A stretch of DNA of 64,000 nt from Azolla caroliniana (Eukaryota; Plantae; Polypodiophyta), in NCBI GenBank assembly GCA_043228905.1, contig JBHGNT010000003.1, positions 17,918,001 to 17,982,000 of the forward strand. The letters run 5' to 3'. The notes beneath the pieces are model-generated. The model searched no databases and was not told the origin of the DNA. It worked only from the letters and a program-made list of their open reading frames with translations. The position numbers and the translations under genes were made by a program. This document shows, one piece after another, positions 1-11,240 of the stretch (position 1 is its first letter; each line of letters begins with the position of its first letter).

Positions 1-1226
1 GGCCGTGTATTTTGAAAGCTGCAAGAAAGGGTACAATCGAGTTTGAAAAGTTGAAGTCTGGAGGTGATGCTGTCCGAAGCAAAACTGGTTGGGAAGACCC
101 AGTGGATGGCCTCTTAGCTTTCACGAAGGTTGCAACAACCCAAGCCCATGAAGTGATCATCGAAGAGAAACGGAAATGGGCGGAAAATGAAGATAACAAG
201 AAGAGGGAGCTAAGAAGTGCTAAAAAGAGGTAGATAGAAAGTCCAAAAATGGTAAACCCTGACATTGAAAAAGGTAAGGATAAGAAGAGTCCCTCGTTCA
301 AATTATTATCTGATATTGAAGCTTCAACTAATTTAAAAAAAGTATTGAAAGAAAGAATTTTAGATAGAAAAGTGGAACTTTCCTTGAGGGAACTTTTGGG
401 CATAGCAAAAAAAGAATTTCATGATGCAATAATTGATGGAATTAAAAGAAAACGACAAAGTATTGAAGCCGCCGAAAATCTAGGAAGTGAAGTAAAGAAA
501 GTAACGATGGAAGTCCTCAAAGGTGAACCAAGCTCTTCCATTGTTGGTACACAAGCTATTGCGACGACAACTTTTGAAGAGAAGCCGAAAGAGCTAAAAA
601 GCTACTATCCTAAGAAACATTGGGCAAGAGCAACAATTGAGACACCTGTGAAGATTGAAAACCTTGAAGATCCGGTCGTGGCCTTAATTGACCACAGCTC
701 AGAAATTAATCTAATTTCTTATGATATTTATAGAAAAGGCGGATGGCCAATGGAAACGAATCATGGGTGGACCGATCAACTTCATGGAGCTTGCCCAAAC
801 ATCAAAGTCACCATTGGAGATGTGCTAATGGAGCAACATTTCTTTATCCAATGTCAGGAATAGTACTAAAGCAGAGATGGAATTAGTACTAAGAAGAGTA
901 GTACTATTAGTACTAAGAGGACGAGACTGCGTAAGATTCCCGAGAGAGGAAGTGAGAAGAGGAGAGAGAGAGATAAAGATGATGACAACAACTAATATAT
1001 TATGTGAAAAGATAAGTACAAAGCGGCTAAGAGGCTTAAGAATGGCGTTGAACTAATTTGGTTCAACATAATGCCTAGTGCCTTCTTTTATAGTGTTGTC
1101 AGGAGTAATCCTGAAACTTCTAGAATGTTCCAGAGAAATCTGGAATATACATTACTTTCTTATAATAAAACATAAATGAAAATAATATCCTATGAATTAC
1201 AATAGATGGTGTGATGGTCAAGAGCT

Positions 1227-3906
1227 TAGTGATACTGTCTGGGAGGCCATGATGCCGAAATACCTCACGCATGACTAGGGCGGCGGTTTCCTCGCTAGTG
1301 ATGGCCTTAGTACACGGAACAAAATGTGCCATTTTCGTATATCGATCGATGACGGTTAAGATAGCATCGAACCCCTACGAGACCGGCATTTCTGTGATAA
1401 AATCAAGACAAATAGAGTGTCACGGCTTACTTGGAATCGGTAAGGGTTCCAACAAGCCATATGGATGGTGTCGTGGCATTTTTGCTCGGCAACAAGCATC
1501 ACAGGTCCGAACGTAGTCGTCGACAAAACGGCGCATGTGGGGCCACCAAAAAGATCGCTGCACTAGCTCCAACGTCTTAGTACTACCGAAATGTCCTGCC
1601 GTATGGGTGTCGTGACAATGCTGGACGATTTGAAGGCGACAGGAGCAATCGGGGACATATACGCGCTTTTTAAAGAATAACAAACCATCATGATATTCGA
1701 ATTGTCGGTAGTCATTACCTGGTTGTTGAGACTGAGAACAAGATGCCCAAGAAGTATCAATGTGCGCCAGGATGTCTTGAGCAAAACTATCCGTCTTCAA
1801 GTTTGCACGTATGTCATCGGTAATCCGTGAATCCATCGGGGTGTGAAAAATCCGCGTTGTGTGCAATCGTGTTGGTCCCAAGATTACTTGCTTTTGATTA
1901 TCAAATGTTGGATCACCAGGACGAGGTGCAAGATATGAACCCCGTGATAGTGCATCTGCTTTTCCTTGCTGCTTCCCCGGTCGATATGTGATTTTGAAGT
2001 CGAAACGCGTGAGGAATTGCGCCCACCGAGCTTGCCGTCGATTTAGTACGCGATCGTTCTGGAAATAAGCAAGATTTTTATGATCACTAAAGACAACGAC
2101 CTGATGTGGAGAGCCCTCTAAGAAATGCCGCCATTGCACAAATGAATCCACGATGGCTAATAACTCCTTGTCATGTATTTCGTAGTTGATTTCCGCAACA
2201 TCGAATTTGCGCGAATGGAAAGCCACCGGATGTAACTCGTCTTTATCTCCTTGTTGAGAAAGGATGCTACCGAGGGCGAAATCTGAAGCATCGGCCTCCA
2301 TGATGAATGGTTTGCTAGTATCCACATGAGCTAGAATCGGTGCTGATGTAAAGGTTTTCTTAAGATGCCGAAAAGCCATATCTGCTTCAATGGACCAAAG
2401 AAATGCTTGGCCCTTCTTTGTAAGTTGTGTGAGGGGTAGGATAATCTTCGAGTAATCCTGTATAAACTTACGGTAGAAGTTAGCAAAACCTAGAAAACAT
2501 TGTACATCTCGTACCGACCGTGGAATTTGCCACTCTAGTATAGTTTGGACTTTAGCTGGATCCATGGCGATGCCCTTTGAGGAGATGACGTAGCCTAGAA
2601 ATTCCACTTGCTTGCAGTCAAAGCTACATTTTTCTAGCTTGGCATAAATACCATTCTCGCGGAGTCGCTTTAGTACTAATAGTACATGAGAATCGTGCTC
2701 TTGCTGGGTCTTCGAATAAATCAATAGATCATCAAGATAGATGATCAAACAGATATCCAAGAGGTCACTGAATATATCATTTGCCATGTGTTGGAAGACT
2801 GCAGGTGCATTGGTTAAGCCGGACGGCATAACAGTATACTCGAAATGCCCATACCGCGTACGAAAGGCGGTCTTCCATTCATCTCCTGGTCAGATCTGCA
2901 CGAGGTTATACGCTCCTCGTAGATCGATTTTGGTAAAAAACTTGGCACCATTAACTCGCTCTAAAAGACTTGATATAAGAGGAAGTGCATACCTATTCCG
3001 GATGATGACCTTATTCAATCCGTGGTAATCAACGACGAGACGAAGTGAGCCATCTTTCTTCTTGACAAAGAAGATGGGTGCACCGGCCGGAGATTTCGAA
3101 TGACGGATGAACCCGCTTGCCAAGTTCTCCTCTATGTAGGCTTGAAGGACTTCTAACTCAGTGGGTGACAAGTTGTAAATTGGTCCCCATGGTGGCTCGG
3201 TTCCTAGTTGTAAATCGATGGGACAGTCATAGGGACGATGATGAGGAAGGGTACTGGCTTTTACCTTGTCAAATACATCGGCATAAGGATGATATTTTGC
3301 CGGAAGTTGTACTGAGGAGTCCTTCTTAATAGTGCTGGAAGGATGTACTGATATTGCAAATAGGAACATTGCCTCCTTGTGTCCTTCTTCGCGTAATTGA
3401 TGGAGTGAAATGGTCGAAACTCAGTGAGTAGATTCTTGGGGTGGTCGATATCGGACTTCTCTTGTTCTCCAATCTATGGCTGGATTATGTAATTCAAACC
3501 AAGGTAATCCTAGGACAATCGGATGCTCTGGACTACTAATTATATTAAATGATATTACACACACAAAACTACCTAGGACAACTTGAATGGGTTCTGATTC
3601 TTCTACAATATTCCTGGAAGCAATGGGACGACCATCAATGACTACTACAAAAGCGGGACAAGGAAGTTTTCTTAGGGATATCTAAGAAGCTTGGGCAAAA
3701 TATCGATCCATGAAACAGGAATTAGCTCCAGAATCTAAGAGTGCTAGGACGGGTACTGGGGGAGTACTTTTAGTACTAACAATGACTTGGGCTAGGAACA
3801 CATTGCTAACTTGCTTGGAAGGAATGGAACCTTTAATGGGCTGTATAGATCTAGGGCTGCTGTCCAACCAAACGGCTCCTATTTTGGCTGGACTCAATCG
3901 TTTAAC
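1227..3906 (-). pseudogene. pol of element B (PR-RT-RH-truncated IN)
   Basis: ORFs 3682-3897, 2890-3369, 1420-2829 and 1120-1332; [29 protein letters not shown]. Confidence 0.92.
3862..3906 (-). promoter_or_regulatory. Putative -1 ribosomal frameshift signal of element B (G_UUA_AAC plus 11-bp hairpin)
   Basis: Heptamer 3900-3906, 6-nt spacer, stem GTCCAGCCAAA/TTTGGTTGGAC; the protease frame is -1 relative to gag; conserved in D and E. Confidence 0.75.
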
Positions 3907-5051
3907 TCTTCATCTAATTGACTAAGGATTTCAAATTTGTTTGAGATACTTGGGCTATTAGTACTACGAATACTATTTGACACTCTATTAGTACTATTAA
4001 TACTATCAGACACTCCGAAGGGAAGAATTGACTCGAGTTTAGTACAAGCGACGATTTGATTTACCTGTCTTCTTGGCCTATGGGGACAATTGATGGCGAT
4101 ATGCCCTGGTCCACCGCAATAAAGACATAATCGATTGGCACGTCGTCGTTGCTTTTCTTCTTCCGATAACGGGCCGCGTCGATGCATGGTGTCGATCTCC
4201 ATCGGTGTCGGAATATTGGCTTGGGGTACATCACGTGCAAACGGTTTAGCCGTGACTGAGGCGTATGTGGGTTCCGACCGAGAGCGTGGTATTTGTAACT
4301 GATGCTCCGAACGTCGTTCGAAAAGGCGGTTGTCGCATCGGACCGCTCAATTGATTGCCTCCGTAAGAGACTTTGGTTCTTCGGGGAAGGTTAAAAGCAG
4401 ATCTTTGACATCATTGTGCAAGCCGTAACGAAACTGCTCCATGAGGGCCTGATCATCCCAGGGAATATCTGAGGCGAGTAGACGGAAATCCGCCACGTAG
4501 GTAGAGGCTGGACGATCGCCTTGACGCAATCTTTGGATCTTGTTGATCGCCGTCCTGATGCTGTCGGTATCTCCAAAACAGGCTTTAAACTCACCAATAA
4601 AATCTTCAAAGTTATTAAGCAAGGGTGATTGTTTTTCTAGAAGCGGAGCGAACCATGCCCAGGCTGAGCCACTAAGTAACGTGCCTATTAGGCCGACTCG
4701 AGATGCATCAGTGGGATATCGGGAAGGATGCATCTGGATGACTAAGCGTACCTGATTAAGGAATCCCCGGAATTGCGATCGCGTTCCATCAAATTTCACA
4801 GGAAGTCCAATCTTGGGCTCTTTATGAAATCCTTGGGGACTTGATCCTTGTTGTTGCAACGCTGCTTTGAGTTGCTGTACCCGTAATGCTAACTCCCCAT
4901 GTTGTTGTTGCGTTTGTTGTTTTTCGAGAGCGATTTGTTGCAGATCTCCTATCAATCGTTGGTTTTCTTGTTCCAGGGCAACAAACTTTTCTTTTAGGCA
5001 CTGTAACTCGGAGAAAACGGATTGATATTCTTGGGCGCTAATAGTAGTCAT
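3894..5051 (-). pseudogene. gag of element B (coiled coil, capsid, zinc knuckle; premature stop at 4347-4349)
   Basis: PVKFDGTRSQFRGFLNQ and LRQG motifs plus a CX2CX4HX4C knuckle. Confidence 0.9.
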
Positions 5052-5112
5052 AGTATAGGGAAAAGGGTAGGAGGATGAGGGAGAACGACAAGTAGGCTGG
5101 AGGAAAGGAAGA

Positions 5113-5124
5113 AAATTGGTTCAA
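5113..5124 (-). promoter_or_regulatory. Self-priming PBS of element B
   Basis: 12/12 complementary to LTR positions 5323-5334, which begin 33 nt from the start of the minus-strand TATA; no TGG tRNA-type PBS. Confidence 0.8.
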
Positions 5125-5474
5125 ACTGTCAGGAATAGTACTAAAGCAGAGATGGAATTAGTACTAAGAAGAGTAGTACTATTAGTACTAAGAGGATGGG
5201 ACTGCGTAAGATTCCCGAGAGAGGAAGTGAGAAGAGGAGAGAGAGAGATAAAGATGATGACAACAACTAATATATTATGTGAAAAGATAAGTACAAAGCA
5301 GCTGAGAGGCTTAAGACTGGTGTTGAACCAATTTGGTTCAACATAATGCCTAGTGCCTTCTTTTATAGTGTTGTCAGGAGTAATCCTAAAACTTCTAGAA
5401 TGTTCCAGAGAAATCTGGAATATACATTACTTTCTTATAATAAAACATAAATGAAAATAATATTCTATGCATTA

Positions 5475-5547
5475 CAATAGATGGTGTGATGGTCAAGAGC
5501 TCGACCCATATACCATAAGGTCATGGGTTTGAGTCTTGCCATATCAT
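5475..5547 (+). promoter_or_regulatory. tRNA-like Pol III A/B-box module in LTR of B
   Basis: A box TGGTGTGATGG 5482-5492, AGGTC variable loop, B box GGTTTGAGTC 5526-5535. Confidence 0.65.
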
Positions 5548-5858
5548 GACATCCAAAATACTGTCGAATACATGTGTATAATGGACGTATTCACACTATC
5601 CCGTTTTGGCCATTTATGTAATTAGCATAAAGGGTAGTTGCCCTAAGTCGGTCACTATATATAGTGACCTTGTAACCTTTTTGTAAGGTTGGGGTGTTGT
5701 ATTATTGCTTTGTGGAATAAAGAGTCTTTTGTGCCTCTCTGTCTGTCTCTCTCTCTCTCTCTCTCTGTGCAACGACCTACAAAATGTCATACGCAGGTAT
5801 TCAGAACACAATCGAATGCTTCTTGATCTTCCGCATAGACGACTTTGTCTCCAACATC

Positions 5859-5870
5859 TGGTATCAGAGC
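5859..5870 (+). promoter_or_regulatory. Primer-binding site (initiator tRNA-Met) of Copia1
   Basis: TGGTATCAGAGC 2 nt after the 5' LTR. Confidence 0.95.
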
Positions 5871-6524
5871 CTGCACAGTAGTCGGTCCTTCAATCCGCTG
5901 TCGGCCGTCGTCTCAGCATTCGGTTTCCTGCGTCATTCGAAGAAGAGAGAAGAAGAAGAAAAACGAGGCTTGCATCTCTTCGCGTTAGATCCTCTTCGCT
6001 TGGAGTAAGCCAGCCGGTTGTACTCCGTTCCTTGTGATCGCAACGCTCGAGGTGAAATCCCCTTGTGCAACATTGACACGATCGCGCTCCACTCGGTTAA
6101 ACGGCATCCGAAAAGGTCATTAAACGCTGCTCGCCGCTCGTTGTAACCACTCGGTGCAGATCGGTCTCAAGACAACAACCCCAATTCGTGCTTCATCCGG
6201 CTGATCGACATTCGGGAGGATCAGTTGGATCTGTCTCTCTCGTCGCTGCAGCCACCCGAAGCAGAATCGGTCCAGATAATCGGTTTCAATAATCGGTATT
6301 CGGCATATATATCCGAAGCGAACCGGGCTCACTCCGACTCGGCAACATTCGGGAAGACCAGTCGGTTCTGTCCCTCAAGTTACCGAAGTCAATTCGAGCA
6401 AGTTCCGAAGCCGAACCGACTCGGGTTCAAATCCGACTAGAACGATATCGGGTGAGCCAACTGGCTGCACTCCAACAAGGTTCGTAGTCAACTCCGAACT
6501 GAGCTTCGTCAACCAAAACCGAAC

Positions 6525-9500
6525 TTGATGACATCAACATCCGGCTCGTCAGAAATGAGTCTACGTAAGTTCGATGGATCGAACTTCAACTTCTGGAAGG
6601 AACAAATGCAGGACTATCTCATAGTCAAGGGGCAAATCGATCCCATCGAAAATGAAGAACCTCCAGAAGGATACAAACCAATTGAGTGGCAGAAGCTGGA
6701 CAGAATTGTCCGCGCCACGATTCGGATGCACCTATCGGAATCGGTATACTTTACGGTGCAATCGTGTACGACAGCATTCGAACTGTGGAAAACACTGTCG
6801 GACACTTACGAAAAGAAGGTCGCCGCAACGAAGATGTTTCTGATCCGGCGCCTCTACAACTTGCGGATGAAAGAATCCGATTCGGTTCAAGCACACCTCA
6901 ATGAGTACGAAAGCATAAGCTCCCAAATCTCGTCACAGGGGACGGCAATCGAGGATGAACTCAGAGCAATGATACTCATGAGCAGCCTTCCCTCATCATG
7001 GGAAACTTTCGTCACAACCGTGTGCAACGCGTCAACCACGGCTGTTAAATACTCCGAAGTCACGAGCGCAATCCTGACCGAAGCAGCTCGGAGAAAGTCT
7101 TTCGCCAAAGACTCAACAGACGACGCTTACGTAGTACAAGGTTCGACAGACCGATCGAACATACGAGGAAGAGATTCCTCACGGCCGCCGAACAATCAGC
7201 GAAGACGGAGCCAGTCACGGGATAACCGAATCTGCAACTATTGCAAGAAACCCGGACACATCAAAGCCGACTGCCGCGCACTCAAGAACAAGAACAACAA
7301 GAAGAGTGGCCGGCATGAGGAGATCAATTACGTCAGCTTCTCAGCTGATGTACTACCGGACGACCCGAATATACTATCAATCGAAAATCCAGTCGGATCA
7401 GAAGTTCTACTCACGACTGAAGAATCGAGCACATGGCTCTTAGATTCGGGCGCGTCATTTCACGTGACTCCTCATCGATCCCAATTTCGGCAATATACGA
7501 TCCGTCACTCCGACTCAGTTCGAGTCGGCAACTCACAACACTGTGACATCATCGGAATCGGCACAGTAGAGCTCAACCTTGCAGGTGGCTCTACACTTGT
7601 ACTCCACAATGTCCGACATGTACCCGAGCTCTCAAGGCCATTGATCTCAGTCGGACAACTAGATGAAGACGGCATTCGTGCCGGTTTTTCTTCGGGAGGG
7701 TGGACACTCCACAGGGGGAACCTCCTGCTTGCTAGAGGACCCAAGATACACTCCCTGTATCCGTTACATGTTACGCTCAGAGAGGGTAACCTGTTTTTGG
7801 TGGATATTCCTGTGTCATCACTATGGCACCGAAGATTAGGACACCTCAGCAAGGCCGGCATCACGCACCTATCTAGAGCCGGATACATCCCCAAACTCTC
7901 CTTCTCGGACCATCAATTCTGCGAGCATTGCCAGTATGGCAAACAAGCAGCCGCATCACACCCGACATCAGCACCAAGAGAAACGAGACCTCTTGATTTG
8001 GTCCACTCGGACGTCTGTGGCCCAATGCCGCATCAGTCTCTCGGCGGTGCCTCTTACTTCGTCACTTTTATTGACGATTCGACTCGAAAGGTGTGGGCTT
8101 ATCCAATTCGCACCAAAGATCGGGTCTTCTCGATCTTCACCGATTGGCTCGCTATGGTGGAAAATCAAACCGACCGAAAGCTGAAATGCTTTCGGACAGA
8201 CAATGGGGGAGAGTTTAAATCCGAAGAATTCGTCAAATTCTGCCGACAACGCGGCATCCGACGTGAATTTACGGCACCACACAGTCCGGAGCAAAACGGG
8301 ATTGCCGAACGCATGAATCGGACAATCCAAGAACGGACAGTTTCCATGCTCCAACACTCCGGACTGTCGGATGGCTTCTGGGCAGAGGCTCTACTCACGG
8401 CAGTACACATAATTAATATGTCGCCAAGTAGACCTCTAGGACTTCAAATTCCTCAGGAACTATGGATCGGCAGTAAGCCGAATTACGACAAGCTGAGGAT
8501 CTTCGGATGCGAGGCGTACGCCCTTATTCCGAAAGATGATCGCCGAAAACTTGCACCTCGGTCCAGGAAATGCATTTTCCTTGGATATGGATCCGACGGC
8601 GAAATGGGATACCGACTCTGGGACCCCGAACGCAGACAAATCGTTCGAAGTTCGGACGTTGTGTTCAACGAGTCGGCTATGAATCCATCAGTCGAAAAAC
8701 CGATCGAAGTCCGAAGGGTAACATTTTCCGATGTGCCGACCCTTCAAGAAGGCCCTGCTCTCAACACACGGTCAGCTTCACGGGTAGCTGAACCTTACAC
8801 TACCGACTCGGACAACCCCGACTCGGCACAGCAGAACAATCCGCTTTCGGACCATCCGACCTCGATACCCGATGCGACCAGTCCAATCATACCTCGACGA
8901 TCCGAGAGACTGTCGCAACCTCCGGAGAGGTATTCTCCTGGAATTTTCTTCACCGACGCCGGCGAACCGACGTCTTACGAAGAAGCATCGACATCTGTCG
9001 ATTCAGCCACCTGGCATCTGGCGATGGAGTCGGAAATGCACTCCATTCGGGAAAACAAGACTTGGGATCTGGTCGAATTACCTAGGAACCGACGTGCTCT
9101 TCCTTGCAAGTGGGTTTATCGACTAAAAGAGACGTCTGATTCGACCACCCCAAAGTACAAGGCCAGATTAGTTGCGAAGGGCTTCCGACAAGAATATGGC
9201 GTCGACTTCGACGAGATTTTTTCACCAGTGGTGAAAATGACAACCCTCCGTTTTCTACTCGGCGTAGTGGCAGCCGACAACTTGGAGCTAATTCAGCTAG
9301 ATGTCAAAACAGCCTTCCTCCATGGTGATCTTGACGAGGAAATTTATATGGAGCAGCCAAAAGGCTTTGTGGCAACTGGCCAAGAACATCTAGTCTGCCG
9401 ACTCAGGAAGAGTCTATACGGCCTCAAACAGGCACCGCGACAATGGTACAAGAAGTTCGACGACTTCATCCAATCGATCGGCTTCTCCAAAAGCGATGAG

Positions 9501-10541
9501 GACCATTGTCTCTTCACCAACACAGCTCAAGATGGATCACCCATCTTCCTCATCATTTACGTGGACGACATGCTAATTTCTGGACGCCACGCGGGCGAAC
9601 TTGCCGATCTCATTCGGCAACTGCGGTTGAAGTTTGCCATGAAGGACCTCGGTCCGGCACGACACATACTCGGCATGAAGATTAGTCGGCATCGCGACAA
9701 ACGACATCTTTTTTTGTCTCAGACCGACTATATCCGACGTGTCTTAGAACGCTTCAACATGCAATCAGCCAAATCTGCTTCAACCCCGCTCCCCATGAAT
9801 CTTCGGCTCTCTCAGCGAGACTGCCCGACATCCGGTCCGGAGGGGGAAGATATGAAGTCGGTACCGTATGCACCGGCAGTCGGCTCCCTTATGTACCTGA
9901 TGGTCGCGACACGGCCTGATATTTCTCACGCCGTAGGAGTCGTTAGCAGATTTATGCACAATCCTGGCCGATCGCATTGGAACGCAGTCAAGCATGTGTT
10001 CAGATATCTGGCTGGCACAAAAGACCACGACATTCTTTTCGGTCCGAACTGAACCTCAGGCGTAGTCGGTTACACCGACTCGGACTTCGCCGGCTGTATA
10101 GACAGTCGGAAATCAACAACCGGATACTGCTTCAAATTCGGCAATGGAGCAATCTCGTGGAAGTCGAAACTTCAGGAGTGCACAACGACTTCAACGACCG
10201 AAGCAGAATATGTAGCTGCGTCCGACGCAGCAAAAGAAGCTTTGTGGCTCGGTCGGCTGGCGCACACGTTTCGACAAGTCGACCATGACTCGGCTCCAGT
10301 TGTCTACAGCGACAGTCAAGGTGCTGTTGCCTTGTAGAAAAATCCGGTTCACCACAACGCCTCCAAACATATCGACGTTCGATATCACTTCGTTCGGGAC
10401 TGCGTCATTTCAGGGAAAATCGGTCTAGAGAAAATATCCACAACCGACAATGTCGCAGATGGAATGACCAAGTGTCTTTCGGCAGACCGTTTTCGGTCTC
10501 TTCGGCATCAGATGGGCGTAACGACAAACCAGTCCGGTTAG
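6525..10541 (+). pseudogene. Copia1 gag-pol polyprotein with two in-frame stops (10050-10052, 10335-10337)
   Basis: CNYCKKPGHIKADC, WLLDSGAS, GAG-pre-integrase, rve, RT YVDD. The same frame continues after the TGA as GYTDSDFAG..KHIDVRYHF to a TAG at 10539-10541. Confidence 0.93.
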
Positions 10542-11240
10542 AGCCGGACACAGAGCAGGATGGTTCCCGACAACCGACATCAGTTCCTTAATGATCGGCT
10601 TCAACTGTTCCGACCCGACCAGTTCGGTCTTCTGCCTTCGGACCCTACCGACTCGAACAAAGCTGATATGTCCGAGAACCTAAGTCTATACCTGTAATCT
10701 TAGATAACCCATGTATACGCCCATTACGGGGGAGTGTCGAATACATGTGTATAATGGACGTATTCACACTATCCCGTTTTGGCCATTTATGTAATTAGCA
10801 TAAAGGGTAGTTGCCCTAAGTCGGTCACTATATATAGTGACCTTGTAACCTTTTTGTAAGGTTGGGGTGTTGTATTATTGCTTTGTGGAATAAAGAGTCT
10901 TTTGTGCCTCTCTGTCTCTCTCTCTCTCTCTCTCTGTGCAACGACCTACAAACTGTCATACGCAGGTATTCAGAACACAATCGAATGCTTCTTGATCTTC
11001 CGCATAGACGACTTTGTCTCCAACAAATACCTCATCATACCGAGTGATTCTTGGTGAACCATACATCACATCTTCTAGGATGGAGACAAAGGTGCTTGAA
11101 GATGGTTTGACATATGCTAGGATTTGAAATACCGATGGTAAAAGAAGTGTTCAATTTCTTACTGTTAGGCAAGAGCATGATAGAAATAAAGAAGAATTAC
11201 GAATTAACTCATGTGAGCATGATACATCACCTTATGAGTC

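Larger units (their letters stand above)
852..5551 (-). mobile_element. Tcn1-like Ty3/gypsy chromovirus B, internally deleted
   Basis: LTRs 852-1226 (truncated) and 5127-5551; TSD TCCAA at 847-851 and 5552-5556; gag 4347-5051, CCHC knuckle CLYCGGPGHIAINC, protease LLDSGA, RT YLDD, RNase H, integrase N-half. Confidence 0.95.
5562..11025 (+). mobile_element. Young full-length Ty1/copia element (Copia1, Tnt1/Tork-like)
   Basis: LTRs 5562-5856 and 10735-11025 differ by about one substitution plus a 4-bp microsatellite indel; TSD AATAC at 5557-5561 and 11026-11030; PBS 5859-5870; PPT 10728-10734. Confidence 0.97.

Noticed and set aside
10050-10058. Programmed stop-codon readthrough before RNase H in Copia1
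   Set aside because: The context TGA-ACC is not a recognised readthrough motif, and a second stop follows within RNase H.
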